Shown: positions 26,047-41,598, counted from the first letter of the stretch. The stretch: DNA of 64,000 nt from Octopus vulgaris (GCA_951406725.2 OX597833.1:25606001-25670000), one strand, 5' to 3'. Made by a program: numbers and translations. Notes: generated by a model from the letters alone, not told the origin.

Positions 26047-26470
26047 CGGGGGGTGCGAAACCGCCATGACAGCGACTCACTCGATTCAATCCCTGTCAAC
26101 CATGAAATTGAAACCAGTGTTTGAACGAGTGTTTTTATTTTTTTATTTATTTAATTTTTTTTTCTACTCTGCGCTGTCCTGGGTGGTGAGGACCTTGAGC
26201 AAGTCCTTCGCAGCCTCCTCATTGCTCACACCCCAATACATATATATATATTTTTAAACATGTACTATTTAAAACAATTTTAAAAAGGATTGAAGTTGTA
26301 TTTTTTCTGGGTTTTAGTTTAAATTCTTTCTTATTTCTCTTTTATAGCGTGAGAGCATTGAGACAATCACGTTAGCAAAGTCAAGGTACTTAAGATCAAA
26401 TCAGCTTACAATATAAAGAACCGTATGCAGATTTAAAGTGAAAACAAAATTAAATGGAGAAGAAAGAGGA

Positions 26471-26533
26471 AATAAAAAAACCCAAGAAAGATGAAACTAC
26501 TAATACAAATATATATAATGAAGTTTAAATAAA
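26471..26533 (+). promoter_or_regulatory. Candidate polyadenylation signals of the coiled-coil gene
   Basis: AATAAA at 26471-26476 and 26528-26533, about 430-490 nt after the stop codon. The context is AT-rich, so chance occurrence is possible. Confidence 0.3.
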
Positions 26534-26604
26534 ATTTTAAAAAATAAATTAAAAATATTTATGTAACATTTATCAAATATAGATAACTGGGCTTTTAATG
26601 AAGA

Positions 26605-26607
<3 letters not shown>

Positions 26608-26644
<37 letters not shown>

Positions 26645-26691
26645 ATGCATATGTATATATATATATATGCACACACACATATATATATACG

Positions 26692-26730
<39 letters not shown>

Positions 26731-26836
26731 ATATATATACATATATATACATATATACATATATTATATCATATATATGTAATATATATTTATGTGATAT
26801 ATTTGTGTATTTATGAATATGTATATATACATATAT

Positions 26837-26869
<33 letters not shown>

Positions 26870-27007
26870 TGTATACATATACATGTATATATATATTTAC
26901 ATACATATATATATATTTATGTATGTATGTATATTTTATATATATACGTGCATATATATACACATATACATGCATATATGTGTATGTATATGTATATATA
27001 TATACAT

Positions 27008-27058
<51 letters not shown>

Positions 27059-27075
27059 TACATATACATATATGC

Positions 27076-27133
<58 letters not shown>
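26608..27133. repeat. Degenerate (TA)n/(CA)n/(TG)n tract
   Basis: Read directly. Confidence 0.95.
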
Positions 27134-27136
<3 letters not shown>

Positions 27137-27729
27137 TGGAAAATGAAAACGTTTACACGGAAAGGGAATCAAAAAATATATATGTGATGTTTAAATTTCT
27201 AATTCTGAAATATTGTTGCAAACATAGCTAAAAAAAAAAAACATTTGGCTAATCCATTTTTTTTTTAAAGTTTTCTGCCTGAATATGGCTAAAATGTTCC
27301 ACTTCATCAAAACCATACATTGCGTTGTGTGAAATTGAAAACAAAAAAAATGTTTTTTTAAAAATCTTTTTTACATTTTTTCATTTCTATTTTCTATTTG
27401 TAAATGAAAATAATTTCTATCTAATGCTCCCGGCCATTTGATATTCATTCAGTGTTCTGATAGACGTAGAGGACCGGTCTTTGTAACCGGTGTATAAGGT
27501 AATCAAATTGTGTTCTCAAAATACGCCAACATTTTTATACTGACAAAGGATGAATGAAGGAATGAATGAAATTTGAATTCAATTTCTTTTTCCTGTTTCC
27601 TATTATTTGCAGAATCTATATATGAATCTATACATTTCACTTCGAAGAAATATTTTCTTCTAATGCAGAGCTACCTACCTTAAGGAATCGCAAATAGTAA
27701 TAATAATAATAATAATGATAATAATAATA

Positions 27730-27786
<57 letters not shown>

Positions 27787-27801
27787 GTAATAATAATAAT
27801 G

Positions 27802-27934
<133 letters not shown>

Positions 27935-27951
27935 TAATTATGATGATGATG

Positions 27952-28208
27952 ATAATCCCATTAGTTGAAGGGACACCGGAAGCTCTAACATACAAGAATG
28001 AGAAACGTACAGAAAATTGGATTTGACAAGAGGGTAGAGCATTCTCATAAATTTGCTCTGTTGGAGACAGCAACAAGTTTGAGATTGGTATTTCTGTGTT
28101 AAGTATCGCGGAAAACGATCCTGTGAGACCTTTGACAACAGGCTGCTGTTCACTCTTACAGATTTAACCGGAGTAGGTAAAGTCGAGAGCTATGAGAAGC
28201 GAAATGCC
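27952..28208 (+). mobile_element. 5'-truncated 3' end of an R4/Dong-like element embedded in (AAT)n
   Basis: Translates across one frameshift as IIPLVEGTPEAL..EK / QKIGFDKRVEHSHKFALLETATSLRLVF*, resembling the RLE C-terminus VxPVVxGALG...QKxALLGTAxILRxVL. Flanked by (GAT/AAT)n and (AAT)n. Confidence 0.7.
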
Positions 28209-28235
28209 AATAATAATAATAATAATAATAATAAT

Positions 28236-28280
<45 letters not shown>

Positions 28281-28281
28281 G

Positions 28282-28347
<66 letters not shown>

Positions 28348-28350
28348 TTA

Positions 28351-28879
28351 TCTCATGGCTTCTATTCTTAACTGAGTGGAAGCGTGATCATGTACATTGT
28401 TTTGTCTTGGTATAAAAGATGGGCTACAGCAAATATTCTGCTCAATAACATAGATTTGCTTGTCAGTGGTTTGACCTTAACCAGTTGAGCATGTCCCTTA
28501 ATGGCTGCCAATATGTGCATCTCTGATCACGAGCAGAAATAGTTGGGGAGCATCATAGTCGTGTGATGAAAGGAATTCTTAGAGGTTTGGATAATTCAAC
28601 TTTGGAAACATAGGTGGTTCGTTCAACATCCTTAAACAATCCTCATTCAGGGACCTTTTGAGCGGGATGCGCTACTCGACCAGAAGAAAAGTCTAACTGG
28701 GCCCCACCTGCAAGGTCATGCGCTGTTTATCTTGATAGGAGATCACCATGTCGCGCACATATGGTTGTGATGCATGTGCCTGGTGTACCCTTATCAGACG
28801 AGTAGTCATGATGGGTATACTGGGCTTCGTATATTTTATCCCAGTGTCATTTTGATGGCATGCACTGCTCTCTCACTCA
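28351..28879 (+). mobile_element. ~530-bp non-coding insert in an (AAT)n tract, probably the 3' part of a TAA-targeting retroelement
   Basis: Complex, GC-richer sequence with (AAT)n directly on both sides, ending ...CTCTCTCACTC-AATAAT. No ORF; family assignment is inferred. Confidence 0.55.
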
Positions 28880-28918
28880 ATAATTACTATAATAATAATA
28901 ATAATGCTGATGATGATG

Positions 28919-29049
<131 letters not shown>

Positions 29050-29471
29050 CAAAGTACTTAACCAATTTACGCAGCTGAGCTTCGTTCTGCAATGATGATA
29101 ATAATGATGACGATGACGATGATGAAGATGATGATGACGACGACGACACCAGTGATTAGGATGACGATAATGATGATAATGATGACATGATGAAAACATC
29201 TCGATGTTATAGACAACATTGCAAGAAACTTCATTTCCATAAGCACACATGCTTACATAAACGTTAGTACTTTAGGCGTAGAAGCCAGGAACAGTCGCGG
29301 CCATTTGGCGCGAAAAATATAAAATTGGATACTTTTTGAAAGCACTTCGTGCACATACACACATGTCTATGAGGAAGCACTGAGAGACAAACACGGCAAA
29401 GCGAACAATTAACATAACCAAACCTTTATTCCTTACCACTGTCAACATCATAATCAATAGGAACATCAACA

Positions 29472-29533
<62 letters not shown>

Positions 29534-29539
29534 TAATAA

Positions 29540-29570
<31 letters not shown>

Positions 29571-29621
29571 AAAAATAATAATAATAATACTGATGATGAC
29601 GACGATGATAAAGATAATGAA

Positions 29622-29676
<55 letters not shown>

Positions 29677-32063
29677 GGATGATGGTGATGATGGTGATGG
29701 TGATGATGGTGAAGATGGTGATGATGGTGGTGGTGGTGATGATGATGATGATGACGCTGATGATGATGACGATGATGATGATGATTAACTCAACAACATT
29801 GTTATCAATAAGGAGAAACAGCAAAATCAGCAACTGTTAGAGAAAAATAAGCCATTATCGTCTTTCCACCAGAAATAAACCTGCACATGATCTCTCTATA
29901 TTTAAAAACTGCATTAAAATCAGAACAGACATTAGCTCCATTACGGTCAAGGATCAGAAAAGCTTTTATCTCCATGAGAGATAAGCTGTGATAATGGTTA
30001 GAATATCCAATAACCTTAGCGTGTATAACAGTACTGATTTCTGATCTATGTTATCAATGATTGTCATTGTTTCCCATCCCTGAATGTTTGCATACTTCAA
30101 GTTTGGATTCGATCTAAGAAACTTTATTTCGAAACTTAGATAAATCCTCTAAGCGACGTTCAAGTTTGCTCATGTCAATAGAGACATTTGCATTCATGGC
30201 TTTATATATAAAATCATTTAGTATCATTTCGATACAAATAAATGTTCTAAAAACTTCCACTGCTGTCTAGAACCGGATTTTTATCTAGCAGTAAAGCAGA
30301 AGGCCCTGGCTTTTCATTTATCCTTTCAATTTCGTTTAAACTGATTCAAGTAACGGATATGCAGTGTCGTTTGTGAGTAGAAACAATGCGAAACAATGCC
30401 ATGTGGTATTTGTTTCGCATCTACACTCTGCGTTCAAATTCTGCTGAGGTCAGCCTTGTTTTTCATCATACAGGCTTCAATTAGAAAATTATGAAAATAC
30501 TCATCCAAGATTATCGGAGCTTTATCCGACGCTTTATACTCCGAATTTAAATTCTGTAATGGCCTGCTTGGGTACTATTCTTAAGCTGTTGCTAGTTAAA
30601 GACAAGCATCTAAGGACTTTAGCACATTCTACACCGTCGCATGCAGTCGGTCCCACCGCCTACTAGTTTTGTATGATTTGTAGATGCATATAGACTCGAT
30701 TTCTCTCATAACAAAGTGATACAAAAAAGCCAATGCTAATTGCAAATCGAATTAATCAAACTAAAATGATGACATGAATACTCAAAATATAACGCTAATG
30801 ATATACTGAATGGTCCATAAAACAGCGTTCATAGCAGATGGTGTTTATATTTTATGCATGGGTAAAGGCAATACTGCTTCAAATTTAGAAATAAAGTCTT
30901 CTAATCTAAAACTAATCTAAAATTCGTGTTCAGAAATTCCCTCACACACACACAGACACACACACATCAGGGCATGATAGCAATAATATCTTGCTACAAC
31001 ATAGATATGCGTAATACGAAAGCGATTTCAATGGAATTTAATATAAAATTTTATATGTAATTTAGTGAGGAATACGTTTAGGGCTTCGTAATTCCGCGTA
31101 AGGGCAAGACTTTCGTAACGTAGCTGTTGTCTGTATCTTTGACTGTCAGTCTCTTCGCAAGTCTGTATGTAGGAATTCAAATATCTATACACATATACGC
31201 ATATCTACATACATACATATATTCATATATATTATATTATATACAAGTATATACATACGTACATATTTATGTGTGTGTGAGTATGCATATATGTATGTGA
31301 GTATATTTGTATGTATTGTACATATATAGTCTTCATATACTATTAATGGTCTGTAAATCGAAAAGCGTGATTCTGAAAAACATCTCTCTATCACGCGAGA
31401 TATTATAGCCAAATATTTGACCACTGTTTTACTATGTTACGGAGACGAGCAGGGAATATTTCCTATATACAGTCTGTTGATGAAGGTTAGAAATGACAGA
31501 AAAATGGAAGATGACACAATTTAATACGTTCTGACCTTAATTGATTCTTTTTAAGCCACTGAAGTTTACGTAGATTTGATAACATACATATTTTCTATGG
31601 TATTGCTGAAGAATTTGTAATGGATACGAACGAATGTTTCGTAAAATGGACTGATTCTTTTATATTTATTTCTCACCTAAATATCCAAGATTGGAGCTTG
31701 CTGAATAATGTATCATACTACTACTACTACTACTACTACCGCCACCGCTGATACTACTGCCACTGCGACTACTGTTGGCGCTGCTGTTTTTGCTTTTGTT
31801 GCGTTTGTGTGTAAATTCCTATTTTTCTGTGATCTAACTTAATGTGTTTTCTATAAATATCTCTCTAGTTATCTCTACCTCCTGTCAAGTAATGTATCGT
31901 ATATGTAAGTCCAGTGTACGTGTATGTGTATGAATATATATAAATACAACATATGTACGCAAGGGCAAACACATACGCGTGCACATACTCGCACACGTAC
32001 GCACTCACACGTATAGAATTAGCTTAAGAACTATTAAGGCCACTATTAAAATAGACTATTTAG

Positions 32064-32310
32064 TACATTATTTACATTTCACGGATATTTGTCCTCATCT
32101 TGTTTGTTGTTAATGCAACGTTTCGTCTGATATACCCTCCAGCCTTCATCAGGTATCTTGGGGAAATTTCGAACCTGATGAAGGCTGGAGGGTATATCAG
32201 CCGAAACGTTGTGTTAACAAAATACATGATGAGTACAAATACCTGTCAAATGTAAATAATGTAAATAATGTGAATAATGTACATAATTCCTCATCTCTTA
32301 AATATAGTAC
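32064..32310. mobile_element. Penelope-type inverted pseudo-LTR insertion (~90-bp arm hairpin) with target-site duplication
   Basis: Arms 32064-32154 and 32173-32263 are reverse-complementary around an 18-nt loop. Flanks AGACTATTTAGT (32053-32064) and AGTCTATTTAGT (32311-32322) match at 11/12. Confidence 0.75.
32175..32215 (+). ncRNA. Minimal hammerhead ribozyme-like motif (PLE type); mirror copy on the minus strand at 32116-32152
   Basis: CTGATGA-A-GGCTG-(10 nt)-CAGCC-GAAAC-GTT: catalytic core boxes with a 5-bp stem II and palindromic AACGTT. Activity not shown. Confidence 0.55.
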
Positions 32311-33558
32311 AGTCTATTTAGTGATGAGATAAAATATGTATTCAAAGGAATCTGTGACATATTGCAATCGCGTTTCGGTCTAACGCCTAGTCAAGTAAAT
32401 GAAAATTAATATGGTGGATGAGAATTTAAGGTCTAATCTAAGGTTAATGTATATTAGAAGAAATTAAAACTATATTCATTTTAATAGCTTAGAGTTTACA
32501 AATCTTTAAAAGATGGTTTGAAATACTTTTGTTTGTTAGTTAAATTTATTATACAAAATATTTCGAGGATCGGCGTTGAAAGGAGAGTATGTATGTGACT
32601 TATAGTCACAAAGAAAAAGTCAAATCTGCTGTGATAATGCAAACAGCATTTCATTCTGGAAACATAAATGGAAGTACGTGACGGAGGAAAGACCAAGGAG
32701 TATTAGAGGAATTCTTTAGAAATGATGGTTTACGAAAGACTACCAATTACGAAAGTCTGTGTTAATGAGAGTAATATTATTTTCTAACATAGATATATTG
32801 ATAAATTTGAAGGGGTGGGTTGGTCGATTAAAATAAATCCTAGATGAATGAAAAATATATTTGATCTCTTCAGAATTTGAAACCTGATTCCACAGAAACG
32901 GAATAAATAAAAGGAGTTTTGTACGGCGGTCTTACGCTTAAACCAACTTATCTCCCAGTATATCGCACAAGTAATACAACAGAAATATATATGTTCACGG
33001 TGTGGTTTTTAAGAAACGTTTGTATAAGAAAAAAGATTTATGGAGAAGAAAAATATGTAGGTGGGTATTACTTTATGCTTTTAGTTGCCCTGAGTTACAT
33101 AAACGTCTCAGATATGTGAGGTTTAAAAAATGAACTTTGTTCGGTTCTAACAAAGATCTGGTGAATACACTTGTTTTTCTTAACGTATATATTTATAGTA
33201 ATATTTAAAGCTTGAAAAATGCAATAGGGAAGCATGACTCTCTTAGGATTAGAATTATCTAGTTACTAGGGAAGCAGAATAATAACGAGAAAATAGACAA
33301 TATAAGAAAAATCAACAAGAATTAAGAAAACTTGCAGTGTTAACGAGGTAATGTTATGAAAAGAGTTAATGAATAACATGGAATTAAAAATAAGGGATAC
33401 CGGAAAGATTAGTATGTTATATTAGGTTTTAAAGTTTCGGCATTTCCAAAAGGGATACATTTTCAGTTTCTGGAAAGAATAGCTCATAAGTTTCTCTATT
33501 ATCTTTTTTTGTTCATATATTAAATATATTTCATAATTCTATGAACTTTCGTTTGTCT

Positions 33559-33766
33559 AAGGCGGTGAGCTGGCAGGATGGTTAGCACGCCGTGAAAAAT
33601 GCTTAGCAGCATTTCGTCTGTCTTATCATTCTGAGTTCAAATACCTTCGAGGTCGACTTTACCATTTATCCTTTCGTGGTCGATATAATAAGTACCAGCT
33701 GAGCATTAGGGTCGATGTAATCGATTTTCTCCTTCCCTCAAAATTGCTGACGAAAATTTTGAAACA
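33559..33766 (+). mobile_element. SINE family A
   Basis: AAGGCGGTGAGCTGGCAG head, GAGTTCAAAT B-box-like motif, AAGTACCAG body; TSD-like TTTC(G/T)TTTGTCT flanks. Confidence 0.8.
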
Positions 33767-34093
33767 AATATTTCTTTTGTCTCCTGCACTTTAGGCCTTA
33801 TTATGGCCCCATAAAAAGTGAATAATTTATTGCCTATACAGCTACGAATAATTCTATTAATGGATTTTCTAATCATATTTTATATATTTTCGTTTCAAAA
33901 TTTATATTATCGCAGATTTTTTTTTCATTTTCTACAGAAGAGCTGCAATATACAGAAAGTAAGCTTTCTTCACCGTTTATGCTTCTACTTCTAAAAACTC
34001 ATCCGCTTGACAAGATCTAACCTAGACCGCAATGCAATTTCGATAGGTACAAGATTTCTATCCATACAAGCACACACACACACACACGCACAA

Positions 34094-34126
<33 letters not shown>

Positions 34127-34782
34127 CACACATACACAATAATATGATACTTGCTATATATATGTACACATTTTAGAGGACTGACCACTCTAAATTTTGT
34201 ATGTAAAAAAATTTTAATCTTCGGATTTTTATAAATATGCTAGGCCACTGGTTTTAATTGATTAATATCAATTTCTACCCTTATTTAATCATATATATAT
34301 ATATATCATAACGAGTATTTATATCCATGGTTTTTGTACCTCCTATTTCTCATTCTTCTTCTTACTAGTCTTGTCTCATTCTATTCGTTCTGCTTATGTA
34401 TCTGCCAGTCTATAAACAGATTCATTATTTCTCTCCCAACACATTGCACTTCCTATTTATTTCAATGTACATGTCTGTGCTTATGTATGTATATGTGTTT
34501 GTATCTGAGTGTATATCTATGTGTGCCCGATTGTGTTTTAAAGAAGAATGATGCTTAGATGATGCCGTGTTTTTATTTATAGTTCCAATGCAATGAAATG
34601 ATTTAGTATAACATTCCCATTTATTTTAGTGATGCTTACTCTTTGTAGGACAATAGACACTATTACCGCCGTCGCCGCCATCTATACTGCGATCTAGAAT
34701 ACTACTTGAACCTCCACCATTATGATTTATCAACAACATAACAAGCACCAAGAAAACAAACACCAAAATATTTAAAAACATC

Positions 34783-35700
34783 ACACCACCACCACCACCA
34801 CCACCACCACCACCACCACCACCGCTACCGCCGCCGCCGCCGCCACCACCACCACCACTAGTAACAACGGCAATAACTCTGCTATTGCTGTCACTACCAT
34901 TACCAGCAATGGCGCCACCACATCACAAAAAACATTGCAGACGTTCATCACAACTCCAACCATCGTCAAAAGTACCATCCTCAGCACCATGAATTACACT
35001 GACAGGACAACCAAAATCAACACGTATGCATCCATCTATATGGCCAGTACCACTACGAAACTAACCACCACCACCATCACCACCACCACTATCACCACCA
35101 CCACTACCACCACTACCATCACCACCGCCACCACCGCCACCACCACCACCACCACCACCACCACAACCACCACCACCACCACCACAACCAAAACCACCAA
35201 GACCACCGCCACCACCACCAAGGCCAACAACAACAGCAAAAACAACACTGAAACTACACCCAACTAAGGCCAACTTGCACCGCCATCTTGCACCGCCATC
35301 TTGCACCGCACTACTAAAGTATCACAACCTATTAAAAAATAAAACAAATGCCACCAGCACCACCAGCACCAACACCACCACCATCACCATCACCCACACC
35401 ACCGATACTGCCGACACCATCACCACAACTACCACTACCGCCACCGCCACCACGATCGCCACCACAGCTGCCGACGCCGCTACCACTTATACGACCACCA
35501 TCTACACAACCAACACCACCATCACCATCACCGCCACCACTAACACCATCACCACCAAAGCCGCCGCCACTACCGACAGCACCACCACCACCACCACTAC
35601 CACCATTACAAACACAGCCGCCTCCACTGACGCTGCCACCACTACCACCAACACCATCATTATTAATAAAAGCAGTAAAATTAACACTGCCACCACTCAT
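34783..35700. repeat. Degenerate (ACC)n-rich low-complexity region
   Basis: Read directly; the Thr frame is interrupted by stops. Confidence 0.9.
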
Positions 35701-36236
35701 ATCTCAGCTACTTCAATAGACACAAGATTTATGGTGCTATGGTTTTGAACATCTTAGTCCATTTATTGTAACATAATGGCCGTGTATATTCGAAAAAAGA
35801 AAAACATTCAGATGTACGATTTTTTTTGTTACAGTAGTTTATTTATTTACTTATTTATTTATTTGTTTATTTCCTATCAGCAATAGGACCTTGGAGTTTC
35901 TCTGAAACAGAAGACTTATTGTCAGTTAGATAGTAAATAGTGTCTTTTGTAAAGTGATACTAAAAGTTAGAAACAAAAATTCGAGTCAGAAAAGAGAAAC
36001 AGACCCACAACTATATTATGTATAGTGTGAATTAGTATTTTGAGATGTCGGGTGGGTGATAGTGAACGATAAAAAAAAAAAAGAAAAAGCAAGAAAATTG
36101 GAGAGAAGCTTCGTTATTATTACAGAAATAGACTTTACAAAATTTTTGTGCATATGATGAATGCGTGGTGTTATATTTTGCGTCACTCATCATCATCATC
36201 GTTATTATTATCATTATTATTATTATTATTATTATA

Positions 36237-36307
<71 letters not shown>

Positions 36308-36309
36308 CA

Positions 36310-36364
<55 letters not shown>

Positions 36365-39268
36365 CATCATCATCATTAGATACGCATATAAATGTTTGTT
36401 TTAACATATATATACATATATCTTTGCTTATGTGTGAATGTATATATATAAATATATGTGTGTGTGTGTGTATGTGTATGTGTGTATAAACATATGGTTG
36501 TACGCATGTGGGGAGATTGTAGGTGTATGTACTTGTGTACATGATTACGTGCATACGTACACGTTCTGTTTTTGTGAAAGAAATGGAACAATTCCCCTGG
36601 TCATTTCTGTTGCTCCCATGTTCTTCAAAATCATTTAGGTTGACGTTCAATTTCAGCTTTACACGTAAATTCGTTTATAAAAACGTGAATACTAAAGGAA
36701 TCCCACAGATATACAATAATTTTCTAAAACATATTTAGCAAGGAACTTAGCACTTATAAGACATTAGAATCAATAAGAATCAATAAGAAGTTAAAAATTG
36801 ATGGTAATATCCGAGCTCAATCGATACCATGATCGAACAGAACTTATTCATGGCTTATTGAGAGGATAAAATACATCTCGAATGACCATGAGACGGATGA
36901 GATGAAGTGTGAGGATGTTAATCTTAGAATAGTGATCATCCAACAGAGTTCAATCTCATGCAGAACACGTACAGCATATTGAGACGCGCTAAAGCACTCT
37001 TGAATGCTTATCCTTACATAGAAGTATAGAAGTATCGAAAAGATCATGAAGCTGTCCGAAATTAGGAATGCATGAGAAAAAAGTGTCCAATAAATCTCTG
37101 AACTCTTGGTGGTAACATCTCAGATGCTTGGCTGAATGTCGTTCATTTCCATTAATGCTATTTCTTTCTTTATTGACACAAAAACTGCGGAATATAAATC
37201 TTTCTCATTGTTACTGTTTTTTCTTAACTTCAAGTCAGTCTGATTGAAGCATCTGCAACGATTACATCGTTTTCCCGGGCTCATTGTATTCAGAAATACA
37301 TTGTCTATGATATCTTAACTATTTTTCAGAAACTAAGCTGTAATAATTTCGAGGAGGCATAACAACGTCATGGAGTGACCACAGGCTTCTTGTTGCAACA
37401 TCGTTAATATATTGTCATGTTCCCAATTCCACCAGCTACATTGTCGTATGGGCTCTTCATTTCCATCATTTACATTTTGGAAAACTCAGGACCGACAACG
37501 TATTTCACATCTCTCCAATCTTTATACTATGCTACCTATATAAGAAACTGAATTCAGCACTGCAAGTCACCTAAACAGCTATTGATATGACAGTGCTCTC
37601 AAAACCGTCTAAATCGGAAACTTGCTCTTATGCTGTGATTATACTACTTTGTAGCAAATTGGATTGATATCACTGTGGAGTTAAATGCATTAGCCACGGA
37701 TACAAACCGCTCTCGGCTGTGAGAAACGAACTGGCGATTTTTCAGCTGATGTATTTTGTCCTGTCTAATGCGGCATGTATATTATCATTAATTGGCTGAC
37801 TGCTTCCATAAATTGAACAAGGAAATAATAAGAAATATAGCATGCAAGCGAAACAGATATCAGTGTAATGTGAGAGTAATTTTCGATATAAAGAAAATCA
37901 AAAATAACAATTAAAGAACATTTATTAATACCATTAATTTGCATTATTGATTTCTGATATTCATACAAATTCCCATCCACTCAATGATGCATAAAGGCGG
38001 CTAAAGCGAGTCAAACCTCCTCCCTAGTGTTTTGATAGATGCTTATTTTATTGATCAAGAGGGAGAAATGCAAAGGGAAACCAATTAAAATTTCGAAGGC
38101 TGTAACTAAACATTGCAAAAGATTTTTGACCGGACTCTAGAAAATCTGCCAATTATGGAGCATGGAAATTTAATACCACTATTTTCCCATGGAACATTAG
38201 GAATTTAATTCCAGTATTTGCCAAAAGTCAATCAGTTTTACAAGATTTAACAAGATCACTTAATTATTCATATCGCAAAATTGTTCCGTAAAATTTGTAC
38301 AAGGATACCTTCACTTTGTTTCAAAACAGATCCCCGCTTGCCTTATAGCTTGATATAAACACCTACTTGGTTAATTGATTCAGTACTGTTTTTTTTTTCC
38401 ATGATGAAACTAATTTCAGTTCACCTTTGTGCAGCTAATGCTTTTAAGAAAAGCGAGGAGCTTCAAAGAAACTCATAATGAAAAATTACCCTAAAACATA
38501 AAACAATGCACCTAGTTTTAATATCAATTTCGAAACAAAACCAAAGCACGGCAAATAAACAGGATCCACTATGATTTATGTATGTAACGCAGATACTTTT
38601 CGGTATCTATTTTACATAAAGAGAAGAGTGGAAGAATAGAGAATGGAAAGAATATGATGAAAAAGAAAAAAGGAAAAACAAAGAAACAATGAGCTGAATG
38701 GTGTATTTTGTGTTACCCCTTGTTGATAGTGGTTGTTACGGGAATATTAAGAAAGTAAACAAACAGTTGACTCTGAGACTGTTAAAGATGTTGTTGTTGT
38801 TATGGTAGCCATTGTATATATTAATATATAGCAGATATTGAAGAGTATTGGTAACACAAGTTGAAACTAAGACCCGTTAAATAAAGGCTATTGAAATAAA
38901 CCAAAATCATTAATATTAGTAGAATCGCAATTACCAAACAAAATCTAATTACTAGTATTCATTCGGAAGACATTATTAATTGTATCATCATTGTCATTTA
39001 GCATGGTTATAATATTCATATTTGGTGTTATTAATTTTTTATTATCATTACCATTCTTATTACATTAAGGTGCAAAGAGGAGGAGGAGAAGGCTAAGGCA
39101 AATTTATTTGCAAACTGAATTACATCACTCTGCGTTCTGAGTTCAAATCCTACGACTGTTAGTTCCAACAGATATTTATGGTCATCAGTGAAATAGGTAT
39201 AAATGATCTGGTTTTATATTTAAGGATAGCGAAATGGATACACACACACACACACACCCATATATATA

Positions 39269-39357
<89 letters not shown>

Positions 39358-39509
39358 GTATTTATGTGTGTATATGCACATATGTAAATATATGGCCGGA
39401 TAACTGAAGAGATAGCGGCGTGGTTCTCCACCGGCATAAACTCGAATAATTGTCACATATTACATTCACAGACACATGTATATATATTATATATAAATAT
39501 ATGTATATG

Positions 39510-39609
<100 letters not shown>

Positions 39610-40295
39610 CATATATGTTTGTGTGTGTATTTATTTTTGTATGTGTCTGTTTGTATATGTGTGTGTATGTCTGTGTATGCGTGTGTGCGTGTGTGCGTAT
39701 GTTGGTTTATATTCTAGGCTGAAAAGAAGCATTAAAACGAACTGTAAGGAAACTGAAAACAGAACAAAAGAAAAACAATTTAAGAAAATATATAATTTTC
39801 AAGCTTCCGGAAATATTTTGGCAGTAAAGAATTTTGGTGTTCTAGAACAATCTTTCCTGTTGTCGATTCTAATGCAAGAGAAAATATCAAGGCCATATAG
39901 TTCTGTTTTTAATTTTGGGTAAGGGTGTGGTGTGGGTGGTATGTTATTTTGCATATTTCATAGCAGGTTCTTAAAGACTCTAAACTGAACGAACAAATTA
40001 TAAAAAAAAACGAAAGATTGAAAAAATTGATGTCTTCGGAATTAAAAAAAAATCGGTTATAAACATGACGAATTTGCTAAACAAGGAAAACTACTATTAT
40101 TATTGTTATTGTTGTTGTTTTTGTATGTATTTTGCGGTTTTTAATAAAAAAACAAAAAACATAATGTATACTGTTTTCAAGCAGATTGATGGTGTATATG
40201 CATCTAATATATACTTATAGACATACATTCATGCACCCATACACACACGCACATACGTTCATAAATATACATATACATACGCACACACACATATG

Positions 40296-40334
<39 letters not shown>

Positions 40335-40407
40335 GTGTATGCATATAAACAAAGTCCATATCAATATATACGTTTATATATGTAAGTATAAATATACACA
40401 TATATAG

Positions 40408-40442
<35 letters not shown>

Positions 40443-40469
40443 CATACATATATATATGTGTATATACAT

Positions 40470-40508
<39 letters not shown>

Positions 40509-41598
40509 GCTATGTATATATTTAAAAGATGAAAACACACACACTCGCAATAACAGTAATCACGTCAAATATAGCATTGCATGAAAAATGTTTGTTTATA
40601 AAAATCAATTTTTGTACTAAGACATTTTATCTGAAAGACTGGAATAAAAAAAGAAACACAAAAATAACCATCAAAATCCTTTAAAAAAACTCTTTAATAA
40701 ACGTATGAATAACCTAAAAGAACAAAAGAACCTAAGAGAAATGGAGAAAAGAGGATTAGAACAACCAAAGACGAAAAATGAAAAAGCAACAAAAAAAAAA
40801 ACGAAATACATAAAAAAAAACAAACAGTTTTGAAATTCTTCCATTTTTATGTTGACGTAATGCTATTTACTTTTGTTTCAATTAGTAAAATATTACATTT
40901 TTTAAAAGAATATTTTGTTTACTTTAAGAATAATTATTTGCCTTTACTTTAAACACTATAACTTTCTCTATCATCAGAGACAATTACATAACAACAAAAG
41001 CGAGATGTAATTTTTTTTCAGGGACATTTAGATCTGCTAACCGCTTATCCGGAATGCTCAATAGTTAAAGAAGTTACATGGTATTTTGTTATATATTTCA
41101 TTTAGAATTATTATTACCATTAATGTTTATTCATCTCCACTACTCCACAATGCTAATATTGGTAGCCTTGACTCTTCCGGACTATTGTGATTTGCTTTGC
41201 CAAGTTTACTATTTTTAATAACGAAAACAGCATCAAACAATGTCAGCAACAACACGAGCAAAAAGAACAGAAACCACTATATCAATAACCTTAGAAATGA
41301 CAAAAATATTATTATTTTTATCGTCATTTTACATGTGGGCAAAGTATGGAACTATAAAAACAATGTATAAAGCAATACAAATACACACGCATAATGCATG
41401 ATATTATTAATTATATATACTATATTCCTAATTATGATTTTGTATAGTGTGGTGTCGACAATTTTGTATTCGAAATGAATGCATTCCTTCCAACGTAGAG
41501 TACGTCTATATTTTCAGAGGCAAATGATGTGTAGGGGTATTTTCTGCTTAGAACTCGTGATCCAGTCATTATAATATTATAATACCTAAGTTTATATA

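Noticed and set aside
29327-29350. Solo mariner-like TIR (GGATACTTTTTGAAAGCACTTCGT)
   Set aside because: No partner TIR or transposase nearby; too short to call an element.
34935-35748. Thr-, Pro- and Gly-rich mucin- or extensin-like ORFs
   Set aside because: All frames of a degenerate (ACC)n tract are open. The Thr frame has a stop at ~35267 and there are no convincing splice sites or signal peptide.
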